From: Cenococcum geophilum
Taxonomy: Eukaryota
DNA: 64,000 nucleotides
Direction of reading: 5' to 3'
Assembly (NCBI GenBank): GCA_050273025.1
Contig: CP158635.1
Coordinates: 27,590,001-27,654,000 of the forward strand
Position numbers and translations under genes: made by a program. Shown in pieces: positions 1 through 13,014 of this stretch. The stretch's first letter is position 1; the number at the start of each line of letters is the position of its first letter. The notes under the pieces are model-generated. The model did no database searches and was not told the origin of the DNA. It was given only the letters and a program-made list of their open reading frames with translations.

Positions 1-790
1 AGACGAAGAAGTCCAGTTACAAGTAATTCCCTTCCTCTCCATCTCGCCTACGCCTGTCACTCAGCCAAGTCAATCCTGGACACATCGCCTGTGCCATTCC
101 TCCAACTTGTTCGGCTTGTTCGCCTCGTTTGCACAAATATTGGCGAGGAAGACTGAGTCAACAGTCAACAGCCCTACACACCCTGCTGCACGTGCTGAAG
201 CCACACTCAGTTACGAGGCGGCGGCAGCGTTCCCAGCTGACAAATAACAAGCTTCCTTGGTGCAAAAGGCGTTTGTGTGCCGAAGCGATGCTCTTAGGGC
301 GTTACGAGCTCTTGGAGCGTTACGAGCTCTTGAAGTTAAAGAGATGACTGTTACATATACTTGACATAAAGCTCTCGCCGGATTTCCCTTTTCGGGCATC
401 CGGCAGCCCCGCGTGTTTCTCTAGAGCTTCTATCACGCCCCAAGAGCAAGTGCAAGGCTTGAGCTCCGCGGTAAACCACTCCGCGACCACTCAGTGACCT
501 CACCAACATGGCCAGGTTCAGCCCGTCTGCTGTCCTTGTACTATATCTATCACTCCTCCGCCGTGCTTCTACTGGTTCTTGCATCACTCTAGCCCTCTCG
601 GCATCTTCGTCTGCTTCAAATTCACCCGTCATTCCTGCCCGGAGAAATTTCCCTAGCCTCGTGAGCTTTTTCTTTGCCTCGCGAACATTCCTTTGCCTAG
701 TATATCAATTGGTTCATGGTCGGCAATAGAACTACTCCACATATTCTTAATAACCTCCCCAACCCCGCCAACAGCTTTGCAACCACCACC

Positions 791-1987
791 ATGACACCCT
801 TTGTACGAGTAATTTCTTTGTATGCGCAGATATTGCCATGCGCCTGGCGCGCTAGCAGGACGGTACTCCCAGTCAGCACATACCCAGCCGCTCGAGCATT
901 TTCAACTACGGTACAGAGGAAGTCTGCTGCCCAATCAGGCCGAGCGCCACTAGATCCTCCAACAGGCGGCAAAGCAGATGCTGGCACATCGCTTCTTGGT
1001 ACCAAAAAGCACCTACCTGAATTCAGCCTGGCAGATAAGGTCGTCCTAGTATCAGGAGGAGCTAGAGGACTCGGCCTCACACAGGCAGAGGGTCTTCTGG
1101 AAGCTGGTGCAACAGGTGCGGAATCTTAGTCCTGGCAGCGCAGCTTGTGCTCTACAAATTTCATTGGCTCGGAGGCAACTGACCATACACAGTTTACGCC
1201 TTGGATCGCCTTCCCGAGCCGTCTCCCGATTTCCACACCATCTCTGCGCGCGCGGAAAAAGATCTCGGCACGTCCCTACACTACCGCCAGACGGATGTGT
1301 GTGATATACCGAACCTGAACAAAATCATCGCCGAAATCGCAGACAAGCATGGCCGACTGGATGGACTAATCGCCGCAGCCGGCATCCAACAGGAGACGCC
1401 CGCGTTGGAGTACACCGCCGAAGACGCAAACCGCATGCTATCGATCAACGTCACAGGCGTATTCATGACGGCGCAAGCAGCGGCGAAGCAGATGATCAGG
1501 TTCGGGCAAGGTGGAAGCATTGTGCTGATTGCTAGTATGAGCGGGTCGATAGCAAATAGGGTATATCCTCCTACCACCGAGGTGTAAAGCGCAGTGACTG
1601 AAGAATGGTGCAAACAGGGCCTCATATGTCCTGTGTACAACGCGTCCAAAGCAGGCGTGATCCAGCTCGCGCGGAATCTCGCCTCTGAATGGGGCGAGTA
1701 CAACATCCGCGTCAACACTCTCTCTCCAGGCTATATCGTCACAGCTATGGTTGAGGAGCTGTTCAAGCAGCTTCCTGAGCGGCGCGAGGAATGGCCGAAG
1801 CAGAATATGCTTGGGAGGCTGTCTGGGCCCAGGGAGTATCGCGGGGCTGGGGTTTTCTTGCTAAGCGACGCGAGCAGCTTTATGGTAAGCTGATGTCCAA
1901 ATTTCGTTTCAACAGAAGGGGAGCTGATGATGCATTTGCTAGACCGGAAGTGACCTTCGAATGGACGGCGGCCATGCAGCGTGGTAG
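791..1987 (+). CDS. Short-chain dehydrogenase/reductase (D-arabinitol 2-dehydrogenase-like) with probable mitochondrial presequence; 4 exons
   Basis: VLVSGGARGLG Rossmann motif, YNASK catalytic motif, IRVNTLSPGY, C-terminal TGSDLRMDGGHAAW*. GT-AG introns 1116-1192, 1561-1617 and 1885-1942 join the ORF-track fragments. Confidence 0.9.
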
Positions 1988-2516
1988 TGTGGGCGTTTGT
2001 ATATACGTGGGTAAGTTGACGTGTGAGATCTTTTCGACCTATATCGGATCACATCGGGGAGAATTTGAAGTGGCTTGAGAACCTGGAGGCGAGGGATTTA
2101 CCAGCGACTATAGCGAGAAAATATAATTTCTTCAAGTAACCTCTTATATCTGACAATCGAAATCAGTTAAGGAATGTACCTAAGTAATTTGAGCACATTT
2201 CGTCACTGGAGATATACAATTGGGAGGTCCTGATGTGGACTCGTCATCGCGGCTTCGTCTCGTTGACTGCCCCCTTCATTTTGTATATACATAGGGCTGA
2301 CGCACAGACATCAATTTCCCGAAGTGAACCCGCAGCTCCCCACGGCCTCGTGCACTTCTCGCCGCCGCTCTTACCAGACATTCACTCGTCTTCGCTGCTC
2401 TTCCTTCCTCCAACAATGCCTATAAGGTAGCCATCCACCACACGGAGCTTTGAGCTCTCACAACCCACCCTCTTAACCCTTATTCTCGCTGTTAGCCCCA
2501 CCACCGAAATTTCCCC

Positions 2517-5500
2517 ATGGCAAGCTCCATGACTTCTTCACTCTCTCATCATCGACCAGCTGTTCTTTTCGTAGCTGGAGCTGCTACTGCCTTCACAGCA
2601 TATATCATCTATTCGTCCCTTCAGACCCCTTCTTCCCCCGACCTTCGCCGCAGCAATGCCGTGCGACGGCCGAGACGCAATGCTGCTACCAATCGCGAAC
2701 CTTTGGCTAGGGTTGAACCCACTGAATTTCTGTCTGGGGATGACCCCATGAACCTTCTACGACGTATTCAGCAGGATCCGCCAGATCTAGGAATAACCTA
2801 TCACTTTGGTGAACAAATCAGGCTCCATGCGGTAAACGTAATTAGCGTCCAGGAACTCAGAGACATTGCCCTGCGATCCGAAGGGGGTGCGAACCTTGAA
2901 TTTGCTAACCTCGAAGCTGCAATCCATCATGTCTACGACACTCTTCTCGTCCGATTTCTTGAAGCCGAGTTCCCCACCAGGCCCCCACTACTCTCCGAGA
3001 GGGAGGCACTACTCACTTGGTTCGATGGGCGTGGGCCGAGCCGCGATGCAATGCGCAGGGTGTTCGAGAGGCATTCGAGAACATTTCCACCACAAATTGG
3101 CGGAGCTCAGGATACGGATGGGAGGGAAAGTGTGGCAGGTACAGAGGTATCATGGCATACTGCTGATCACTCTGCTGAAGAAGACCCAACTCCAGGAGAC
3201 GGTCAAACCCTACGGCGCACGCTATACCACATCGCAGAGGACCGAGCAAGGCAAGAAGGCGTTATACATCGTGGTGTGAGTTGTAACGGATGTGATGCCA
3301 AACCAATTCGTGGCATTCGATGGCGATGCGCAAACTGCGCAGACTTTGACCTCTGTTCGGACTGTGAAGCTACCAATTCTCACACCAAAACTCACATCTT
3401 CTACAAAATTCGAGTTCCAGCTCCATATCTTGGACTTCCAAAGCAACCGCCAGTCTACCCAGGAAGACCTCACCTCATGTCTCCATCTATCAATACTCCC
3501 TTGAAGAAACGTCTTGTGGCCGAAACTAAAATCGAAGGAGAAGAGGTAGAGGCTTTGTGGGATCAATTCACCTGCTTAGCCGATACCCAATGGAGGGAAG
3601 ATCCCAACAATATTGGGTGGGCTATCGATCGTCGGTCTTTTAATCAGGCGTTTATACCTCGATACTCAACTTTCACCTCAGCACCAAACCTCATTTACGA
3701 CCGCATCTTCTCCTACTACGACTCTAACCGCGATGGTTTGATTGGGTTCGAAGAATTTGTGAAGGGTCTAGATGGAATGCACTCTCGAGATGGGAAAACT
3801 AAGCTGCGGATAGTATTCAACGGTTATGACATTGATGACGACGGTTTCATAGCACGAAAAGACGTCCTGAGGATATTCAGAGCATACTACGCCATCGAAA
3901 AGGAGAGCACCCGAAACTACATAGCTGATAGCACCGACGAACTTTCTGTAGCCGGTGCATTGGATGTGATCCAGTCCGGCCAACCACTGGGCTCCGCTTT
4001 TACGCAATCTGGAATTCCTCCTGGCGCCCGCCATCGCCGGCTTGAGGAAAAGACCTCCGATAGATTCAATGACCCGCGAAGCCGAGGCAATGGAGCTGTA
4101 ATGGACGATACCGAAGATGTCGCTGATCGGGAAGAAATCCTTGGGAATGTCGGAGGCGAATACCGCGACATCGACGTAGATGTTACTACTGGAGATCCGC
4201 TCCCTCGACCGCAACTCGCACAGGGTCTAGCTGTCGAGGAGAGATGGCGGCGACGACAGTTTTACGTAGACGAAGAGGAAGGCATGAAAGAGCCCGAAGG
4301 ATACCACGAAGAGGAAGAAATGAGCGACGACGGAAAACACGACGAAGCCGCTGGCGAAAATCCACCTACCCCAGACCGCCAAGATGGCCCGAATGGCTCT
4401 CATCGTCCCAGAGGATCACGCTCGTCCTCTAGAGTGCGCTTCCAAGACGATGTTGAAATGGAAACACGCTCCAACGCATCCACCTCCTCTCGTCCCATTG
4501 GTGAGCGATGGGGTGGTTACGAGATCCCGGAACCGGAGAAAGATCTTGGAAAAGAGATTCTCTACCAGATAACCCAGCAGGCTTTCAACGAACTGCTCAA
4601 TCCGCTCTTTCGTGACAAGGAAGATCTTGCCATGGAGGCCTTCGCGACGAAGGCTGAACGGCGAAAACGGAGAGCAGAGTTGGACAAGCTTGCTGAAAAG
4701 TTCAACAGTGAAAAAGATATAAATATGGCAATCGCATCCATTGGTGCATATACATACAGCGGACGAATGGTGGAGCGTTTCACTGTGGCAATGGAAGCTT
4801 ACAAAGACTACTTGGAAGAACTGAGGAAGAGAAAACTTACACCTACTCTGGCTCGGCAAGAAATCGACATACTTATCACAACCGCCGAACAGTCAGTAGT
4901 GGAATCTTGTCAGCCGTTGCTAGACACATTCCAACCAAGCATGGAAGACCTCTGGGATGCTAAGTTGGTACGAGCTCAATTTGCTCATGAGATGGAAATT
5001 GTGATACTGAATCTTTTGAGCGGGGTTGGATGGCTTTCTCCTGAGACACCCGGGCCCAAAGATGCAGCCATGCAGGACGATGTAGCTGGGGAAGTGCCAG
5101 AACCATCGAATCATGCCTCTCATAGCAGTGACCTCGAACTAAATCTTTCTTCAGAGGCTCACGTCGCGGACGAACACGATCTGAGTGATTCATTTAGCAG
5201 CATCGCTCCTCTACCCGCCTCGCCAGCCTCGCCGAGAAGCACAAATGAAGAAACGGCCTATCGAGACCCTACAATGCCTCAGTTCGGACCCAGCAGCACC
5301 GCCGACATCGCCGGTCACACTTCCCCAGAACCGCCTACCGTCAACTCGACAGCCCCGCTCAGCCCATCGCCAACCTTCGACTCATTACTCCCACCCCCCT
5401 CCGAGTTACCTCCCCTCCCAGCGGACGACCCCCCACCGAACTACCCCTGGTCCGACGCCGTCCCACCGCACCTCTACCAAGACCCCTCAACCAGCAACGA

Positions 5501-5975
5501 ACCCTTCTTCGTGCTAAGCCTCCCGCCCCACCTAACCCCACCCACCACCTCCCCACCCGACCAAGACCCCGCAGCCCCTTCCTCCGCCCGCCCCCCGACT
5601 CCCCCCCGCACCCTCCACACGCGCCCCCACTCCCGCGCCTCAACCCCCCCGCCCCCACCCCCCGTCCGCTACCTCCTGACCCTCGACCCGGAGATCCCGC
5701 ACCTGGCCGCGCAGCCCTGGATGCCGCGATACTCGGCCGAGCGGCCGCTGACGCCGCCCGTGCGCGTCGAGCTGCGAGCTGCGGCGGCGCGGGCACGCGA
5801 GGGCCCGCTATGGTTGGTGTGGTTGGGGCTGTTGGATGCGGTGCAGCGGCAGATGGAGGAGCGGAAGGGGGCCGGGCTGTTGGGGTTCGAGGAGTTTGAG
5901 CGGATCGTGGGGCGCGAGGGAGGGTCGGGGAAACTGAGGTTTTTGGAGGCTTGGATGGATTGGGTTAGTTTTTGA
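2517..5975 (+). CDS. ZZ-type zinc finger / EF-hand protein with N-terminal hydrophobic anchor
   Basis: 1152-aa ORF; HRGVSCNGCD...RWRCANCADFDLCSDCE (ZZ finger); EF-hand loops DSNRDGLIGFEEF and DIDDDGFIARKDV; C-terminal RFLEAWMDW. Confidence 0.88.
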   Translation: MASSMTSSLSHHRPAVLFVAGAATAFTAYIIYSSLQTPSSPDLRRSNAVRRPRRNAATNREPLARVEPTEFLSGDDPMNLLRRIQQDPPDLGITYHFGEQIRLHAVNVISVQELRDIALRSEGGANLEFANLEAAIHHVYDTLLVRFLEAEFPTRPPLLSEREALLTWFDGRGPSRDAMRRVFERHSRTFPPQIGGAQDTDGRESVAGTEVSWHTADHSAEEDPTPGDGQTLRRTLYHIAEDRARQEGVIHRGVSCNGCDAKPIRGIRWRCANCADFDLCSDCEATNSHTKTHIFYKIRVPAPYLGLPKQPPVYPGRPHLMSPSINTPLKKRLVAETKIEGEEVEALWDQFTCLADTQWREDPNNIGWAIDRRSFNQAFIPRYSTFTSAPNLIYDRIFSYYDSNRDGLIGFEEFVKGLDGMHSRDGKTKLRIVFNGYDIDDDGFIARKDVLRIFRAYYAIEKESTRNYIADSTDELSVAGALDVIQSGQPLGSAFTQSGIPPGARHRRLEEKTSDRFNDPRSRGNGAVMDDTEDVADREEILGNVGGEYRDIDVDVTTGDPLPRPQLAQGLAVEERWRRRQFYVDEEEGMKEPEGYHEEEEMSDDGKHDEAAGENPPTPDRQDGPNGSHRPRGSRSSSRVRFQDDVEMETRSNASTSSRPIGERWGGYEIPEPEKDLGKEILYQITQQAFNELLNPLFRDKEDLAMEAFATKAERRKRRAELDKLAEKFNSEKDINMAIASIGAYTYSGRMVERFTVAMEAYKDYLEELRKRKLTPTLARQEIDILITTAEQSVVESCQPLLDTFQPSMEDLWDAKLVRAQFAHEMEIVILNLLSGVGWLSPETPGPKDAAMQDDVAGEVPEPSNHASHSSDLELNLSSEAHVADEHDLSDSFSSIAPLPASPASPRSTNEETAYRDPTMPQFGPSSTADIAGHTSPEPPTVNSTAPLSPSPTFDSLLPPPSELPPLPADDPPPNYPWSDAVPPHLYQDPSTSNEPFFVLSLPPHLTPPTTSPPDQDPAAPSSARPPTPPRTLHTRPHSRASTPPPPPPVRYLLTLDPEIPHLAAQPWMPRYSAERPLTPPVRVELRAAAARAREGPLWLVWLGLLDAVQRQMEERKGAGLLGFEEFERIVGREGGSGKLRFLEAWMDWVSF

Positions 5976-6361
5976 GGGATTGGATTGGGAGAGAGATATG
6001 GGCGTTTTTGGGTAGGATGGCGGGATGGATGGATAAGAGGGAGTGGTTTGGGAAAAAGGTGATGATGGATCATGAGGTTTTTGAAAGTGAATGTTTTGTA
6101 TTGTAGATGACAGCGAATACTCCGGATATTGTCAAGTGCGGTAATGTAGTATAGCGCGGCAAGCGAGTGCTCTCACTCTGATACTGTGATTGAATCACAA
6201 CACCCAGTGCCCTTCTTCCGCTCTCTCCCAGCCTCAATCCCACCAACCATTCCATCAGCCCCGCCTAGTCTCACCTGACTGTTCCTTTCTTCCACCCTTC
6301 CCTCCACCCTCCCTTCTCCCAAACCCCCTTCCTGACACCTCAACCCTATCCATCCCCCCCT

Positions 6362-9300
6362 CTAACCCCCCACCTCCACCCCCCAAACCTCAATCCCAAC
6401 CCCTGCCACCACCACCCTTCCCCGCCCTAGCACCGCCACCCCCGCCACATCCGCCACCGCCGTCGCCCCAGCCGCCTCCCTCACAACCTCCACCCCCTCC
6501 ACCCCCGGCCGCTGCAAGTCGACACGCACGCCCCACACGCGGACGCGCTGGTCGTTGCCGGCTGTTATGATGCGCAGGCTGCAGCATGTTTCGTCGGGCG
6601 CGGGACCGTAAGACGGAGATGGGGAGGGAGAGGGGGAGGGGCAGGGCGGGAGGATCGCGCAGGCGGTGACGGCGGAGGCGTGGGCGCGGGGGAGGAGGAG
6701 GGCTGAGATTTCGAAGGCTGGGGCGGGGTTAGCGGGCGAGGTGGAAGGGGAGGACGAGGTCGAGGTCGAGGGGGGAGAGGAGCGGAGGAGGGAGAGGCCG
6801 AGTGCGCCGTCATCGCCGCCTGTGGCGAGGAGGGTCGTGTTGTGGGGCAAGGGGTGGGTTGCGAGGCTCTTGACGGTGTTCTGGTGCAGTTTTGTGCGCG
6901 TGTGGTGGGTGAGTTGCGAGGGGGCGGGCGGGGACGTGGCGGGTATCCAGGGCGGGGGCGGGAGCGGCGGGAGCGGCCACAGCGTGATGTGGCCGTCGGT
7001 CCCGGAGGTTAGGAGGGTGGAGGGGGTGAGGAGGGTGCATTGGGTTAGGCAGGAGGTTAGGTAGGTGGCAGTGGAGTGGAGGCGGAATTGTGAGAGGGGG
7101 GTGTAGGTGTAGATCTAGTTAAAGGATAAGTACGCATTGCGTTAGGGGTTAGGATAGGGGTACGTACGCGGATGGTTGAGTCGGAGTAGACCATACATAT
7201 CATGAATCCGAGGTTTAGCTCTTGCTTCCGGTCAGAGTCGGGGTGAGGAGAGTCAATCCGTCTGGCAGTGAAGCTCATGATCCTCAGATCCGGAATCTCG
7301 CTCTCGGGGAGACAGACAGCCTCGCATACAGCACTCACGCCAATCACTGGCAGTGATCTGATACGCCAGACGTAAAACTCCTCACATCCGCCGCTGCTGA
7401 AGAGGTAGGAGCCGTCCTCAGACCATTGCAGGTGTTGGATGCCAGTGGTATGCTTCCGCAGGGTTCGGACACAACGAAGGTTCCTTGGGGAGGACCTGGT
7501 ATTGGCATTCTCAAAGATCTTAATGTCTGTATCTTCAGCGCCGGTTGCGATCAACTGTGTCGTGCCACTTTGTGTTGGCATGAAGGGAGAGACGGCCACC
7601 GCTTTGATCTCTCTACCATGGCCACCGTCCTGCAAGACTGAGTGGGATGCTTGGTTTTGGCTGCAAATTTTCACATTGGAAGCTTGGGTCCAGACTAGGG
7701 TTCCGCCGGTGTTCGTAAGAGTTAGTTGGTGGGGATTGAACGCCCAGTTCCTGTGCGCACCGCCACATTCAATGGCCAGGATCTCCTCTTCGGTGGTCTC
7801 ATTGAAGAGTACGAATTGCTTGCTGCGAAAGCCGTAGATCATTAGACTTCCTTGGTGGATATAAGCGCCCTCGATATTCGGACCGAAGGGCAAAGCGGTC
7901 TTGTGGACGAGCTCTGAGGCGGCCTGAGCAATGTCGATGTGATGTACAGCGCAAAACCCGTCACGGCCAGCCGATAAAATGTAACCACATCCAGTATTAG
8001 CGATGGAAGAAGTTGAAGGTATCCAGAACATCGACGTAACTGTTTCCCGCCCATGGACATCATTTATGATTTTGACCAGAGAGGCTCGCGGAGGACCCTC
8101 GCCATCTTTAACCACCTGAGTCTTTGGTATGGCGTACATTGCAATGCTGCCACTTCGGGAACCGACAAAAAGATACCTGACTTCTGTGCTTGTATCGAGA
8201 AGTATCTTGCTGGTAATGATAAATCCTGATGTTAGCTGCGACAGTGGTATAGCCACACACTCTGTCACACAGGGTTGAGATAAGTCTGAGGGGTTTACAA
8301 AGAGGAGCTGAGCTTCTGTAGCTCCGACCAACGATACCAACAAGCTCAGTTGTGGATTTTGGGCGCTTTGGAAAGCTGGGTCTAGAAAAAGTCCCGCAAC
8401 TTTTCCATTCACTCCAAACAACTTTGAAGTAACACCCGTCGATCTTGAATATACGGAAATGCTCCCACTTGATCCTGCAATAAAGACAAATCCCAGTGAG
8501 GTCATGCCTGCAGCAATGGAGTAGCCCTTCAGCTCATCTTCTTGACCCAATACACCCCAACTAAGAGTTTTCCCATATTTAGGGTCAGCGGATATATTCG
8601 AAATAAGAATCTTGCCGTTATTGCTAGTGGCTACGAAAGAACTATCATCAGCAAAAGCATAGCCTCTGAAAATATCGGCGGTTTTCGAGGCCCTCTTTGT
8701 CCTTCCATCTGATAATATGCCAGGATCAGTAATTCGGATAACGGCTCGTTGGCCTGCGGTGTCTGACTCAGAAGGATAGAGTGCTTCCTCTAACGTCCAT
8801 TCTTCATTCAAGCAAGCTTGGGAATGGCTTGAGGGATGATCTGAGGGAAGGTAATAGGTAATGATCTTGCTGTCAGCTGCACCTGTGACAATCTTCATTC
8901 CATCTCGCGAATCCAACGCCGCGAGAGACCACATGTTCTTCCCGCAATGAAATGCCGCCGTGTGTACCTGCCGCAGAAGAAAAGGGTATTTTGACACATC
9001 GGTGTTTTTAATCTCCATGGAATTTGGTATAAACTCCCATAGCCGTGATATAGCATCCTCTCCTGTAGATATCAACCGGACCCGTTTGTTGTGCTGCTCA
9101 TCAGTCGAATTGGGTTCAAAGAACTGTAGGGTCCAAACTCTGGAAAGATGGCCCCAGCCGATAGCGAGGCAAAGTGTGTTTGAATCTCCGATATCTGAAG
9201 CATTGGCCCCAAACCCAGTCTCCCGTATATGGAGTGCATCAGCATCCTCTTGCGGGGTCTTCGATGTATTGGAGTTTGGTAAATTGGAGATATCCCATAT

Positions 9301-10221
9301 TCTTATTGATCGATCATCGCTACAGCTAGCCAAAAGTCGATGTGGTCTAGGCAGATCTGACATTGGGAGTCCTTCAGAGATTCGCACTCCAAATATGGAT
9401 CCTTCATGGCCTGTAAACACATGATGAAGTTGGGTTCTCGTTGAGGATGCTTTATTTCTAATCCATGACCAGACTAAGATCTCACCAAATGCTGTACCTG
9501 CAGCGGCCAATATTCGGTCCAGAGAGAGCCACAATAGATGGGCGGAGTACAGTATGCAACGTGAACTTGCAGTGAGTTCGGAGACGGAGATTTTCAGCGA
9601 ATTGCTAGAAACATGTAAGCACGTGGAACAAATTTGGAAAATTGTTGATACGTCTCAAACGAATACAAAAGCATTAAAATTTATTACCCATTCACATCAA
9701 CAAGTACATGTTGCGAGTCGTCGTAATATGTGAGGTCCAGTTCAAGCAGCGCATTATGGGCAGTTATTGCAGCAGCCTTAAAATGGTAGAACGCGTTATC
9801 AGATGTTTGAGGCTTAAGTGGACCAAGAGATAAATCAAGAATCCAATCTGGGACCTTGGTTACATGGGACAGCCATATATCTACATTGTTCACCTCTATT
9901 TTCAATACTGGAGATGCTGCTGGAAGCCTAAGCTGCGCTAAACGCAGAGAATGACCTCCCCAGATAATAACAATAGCAGTAGATGAGCAGGTATCATGCA
10001 CCGCTATGCCGTGAATTGATTGAGAATCGAAGACTTGCTTTGTGAGAAGTAGAACGGCACTGTCATGATCAAGAATACGAAGAAATGGTCCCTCGGCGGC
10101 AAGAAGGTACTGGCCGCAGAAGGCCAAGGCCGTCACTGGGACGTGGACGCATTCATGCTTTATAAATTTAGCAAGCCATCTTAGTCAAAACTGAAAGACT
10201 TACACGAAGCGTCGCTGACAT
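6362..10221 (-). CDS. WD40 protein, WDR6/Trm734(Rtt10) family (tRNA 2'-O-methyltransferase partner); 4 exons
   Basis: GHEGSIFGV, LASCSDDRSIRIWD, CGGAHRNW, HGREIKAVA, ATGAEDTDIK, AHASAVT and AGNDQRVRVW motifs. First exon MSATLR (ATG at 10221) is followed by a GTAAGT intron. Intron ~7115-7167 joins the 7057..9534 and 6362..6850 ORFs in frame. Confidence 0.85.
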
Positions 10222-10255
10222 TGAAGAAATATGTAGTGATTGTTAGGCTGTGATA

Positions 10256-10681
10256 ACGTAGTCGGTAAGCAAGTGGGCCATGCAAGCATCCGGGCCACCG
10301 CAAAACCGCACCAAAAAACCCAAAAATCGGTCTTTAATATCTTAACAACGGCTTAATAATAAATTATAAAATTTTATAATTAGACTCTTATACTTACTTT
10401 AAGACCACTATTAGAGTTTTGGAGTAATTTAATAAGTGGTTCTTAAGATATAATAATTTAGCTTAGATTTAAGAGCTAAATCTTAATATATTAATAATGG
10501 CTTAAGTAATTACTCTAAAACTCTAGTAGAGGTCTTAAAGTAAGTATAAAAGTCTAATTATAAAATTTTATAATTTATTATTAAGCCATTGTTAAGATAT
10601 TAAAGACCGATTTTTGGGTTTTTTGGTGCGGTTTTGCGGTGACCCGGATGCTTGCATGGCCCACTTGCTTACCGACTACGT
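10256..10681. mobile_element. Palindromic MITE, Tc1/mariner (Fot1/pogo-type ends)
   Basis: TA|ACGTAGTCGGTAAGCAAG...CTTGCTTACCGACTACGT|TA; inverted arms of ~150 bp; no ORF. Confidence 0.92.
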
Positions 10682-10835
10682 TAGCTTTTTGGTGTTGAGT
10701 CAGCCGGGAAAATGGCCGCTCCGAAATTTACGATGACGGAATTCTCGAATCTACGATTCCTACGAAACCCAAATTCTATCGCTGAGCTTTCAAAGTATAC
10801 ATTTATTCCATAGAGGTACCTGTTCTTGAGTCAAA

Positions 10836-11531
10836 ATGTCACTAGGTCCTGCGGGCGCGAACCTGAACCCCGAACAGGCAGATAATTTCGAAGACGTGGG
10901 TTTCTGGGCTTGCTGCTGCATAGGTAGAGTGTAGCTAACCACTGCGATGCAATAGATCGAGAAGCAGTTTGCGGTCAAGGGTAAGTAGATACGCTTCGAC
11001 TCTGCGATGTTCACGCACTGATCAAGTTCTCGTCCCAGTCGTGCAGCATATGTCAACCTACTGGTCTATACTCGAGAAGATACCAGGCTCGAAGTTACGC
11101 CTAACGAAGTTCGATGACGAAATCTACAATCACTTTAAGAAGGAATTTCCCGATTTTGATGCTACAGCTACAATCAATGAGGATGAAATGAAAAGTAAAG
11201 AAGCCAAGGAGCGCTGGCGGAACTTCATCTCGGCATATGAGAAGAAGATCGAGGACTTCAACTTTGGGACAATGCTGAGAGCAAATCCCAAATTTGAGTA
11301 TGGCGAGAAGGAAACCATATTCGGTATGCTTGCTAGTATATTCTTAGGGTATAGAGATGAGCTAACACCAGAATTCAGCGGTGCGCATGCAATTCTACGC
11401 TATTGAGATCGTGCGGTAAGTTCATGGGATTCATTTTTTGTAGAAGCAAGGCAACAACACTGACTCTATATAGGAATCGTGAAAGCCTAAACGACTGGGT
11501 CTACGAGAAAGCAAATACAGAAAAGAAGTAA
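10836..11531 (+). CDS. PBDC1 / YPL225W family protein; 5 exons
   Basis: Spliced product NPEQADNFED-IEKQFAVK-VVQHMSTYW...LRLTKFDDEIY...FNFGTMLR...AVRMQFYAIEIVR-NRESLNDWVY. Confidence 0.88.
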
Positions 11532-12159
11532 TCATTACGATGGCTGATATGAGTTATTGATGAGGCATTTCGAATTGTCCTACTACGCCCACTTGTAAAA
11601 CGCATAAGCTCATTCCGTATGATTGGCGCCAAGCGCGCCACTCCCCAGTCCCGCCATCGCAAATGATCAGCTCAAAGCAGATTCCAAGCGCAGTTGTAGT
11701 CTTTGTTCCAAGTCAACGCCAGATCGTGAGTATCCGATTGTTTTGAAGTGGATGCTGGCAGGATGGGATATTCGAGGTAGAAATTCGTGATGCCAAATGC
11801 AAAAATTGGCTTCTGCCCTGCGCACCCCAGAAATTCATGGCGCACGGTCTTCCTGCAGCTCTTAGGCTAGCATCTAATGCCCTCCTTCCTAGATCTGCAC
11901 CAACTTTGAAACTTAGAGTATTATATTTTGTTGATAGGGGTTATGTGCACGCGGTAAATCACATGACAATGAGCAGGCCACCTTGCAGATATCTTCTCGG
12001 GCCATCGAGCCTCTCTGCCTTATTGCTATCCCTTGCACCGATGACATTCTATAAAATGTGGCCCGTGCACGAAGTCAAGAACATTAACTTTCTCGCGTCA
12101 TGAGACCTCAAAGGGCGCAAAGGACGACGTACGGGTGTAAACTCTATCGAATACCACTA

Positions 12160-12349
12160 TGTAAAGACGGCCCGTGTTAGTAGGAGCACGTAGATCGACT
12201 CAACTCCAAAGAATAAGGCTCTATATACAATATACACCAATATTTCAATATATTGGTGACTTCATCTAAGAGCTCTGGTAATGCGGCGGAACGACTTACC
12301 GCCTATATATGTGCCTTATGTGATTGGTGTGCACGGGCCACCTTTTATA
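12160..12349. mobile_element. Probable solo LTR (190 bp)
   Basis: Starts TGTAAAGACGGCCCGTG and ends CACGGGCCACCTTTTATA (imperfect inverted ends, terminal CA>TA as expected from RIP); internal TATA-like box. No matching target duplication found. Confidence 0.45.
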
Positions 12350-13014
12350 GGACGTTATTATAGGTGCAAGGGATACCTTATGTACTTCTCTAGGTTTAAT
12401 TAATTTTAAATAACTATAAAGCTAAAAGCTCTTTATCTTCTTTATCGCCTCTATATTATAGCGATATTATCCCATCTCCCGTCGATTATCGTCCTACGTT
12501 ATCGATAAGAATTTGGCCAATCAGGAGGCGTGGATTGAGTGCAGTTCTTTGGTGTTCTATGCACGGTCCACAGCCTTATCGACAACGTAGCGGGTGTCCG
12601 GATCCAACTGTTATCGATAAGATCTAGTCAATCAATTGAGTTGCACTTAACGCCCGTACTTAGGAATGTAAAGCTTTTGATAGAGGCCAAACACCATAGT
12701 ATTTTGATATATAAACTTATTCTTTAGAGCTAATCACTTAATATGGTTTCTAGCACTTATCATTTCTATACAACGGTATGGTACCTGGACTTGGGTCCAA
12801 TTATCGACGTGGAGGGGTTCGAATTGGGTAACGGCTAGGGCTTGGGCATGGTTTTTTGGCTTTCCTATCCGGCTGAACATTATACTAAGTAGGTTGAATA
12901 AGATCTGTATCATTTCTAGCACGATTAGAAGGCCTTGCGGTGGGTATTTGATTGCTTGGATCTCTATAGATATATGCGTTGTTTTAAAAACGGTGTTCCC
13001 GCACGGATCACTTA

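Noticed and set aside
129..729. Short overlapping ORFs at the window start, including 351..632 (-)
   Set aside because: No recognisable motifs or consistent splice structure.
11845..11895. Possible degenerate fourth GCTAGC site upstream of NLR1 (before the TE nest)
   Set aside because: Only the hexamer and a weak partial match; not distinguishable from chance.
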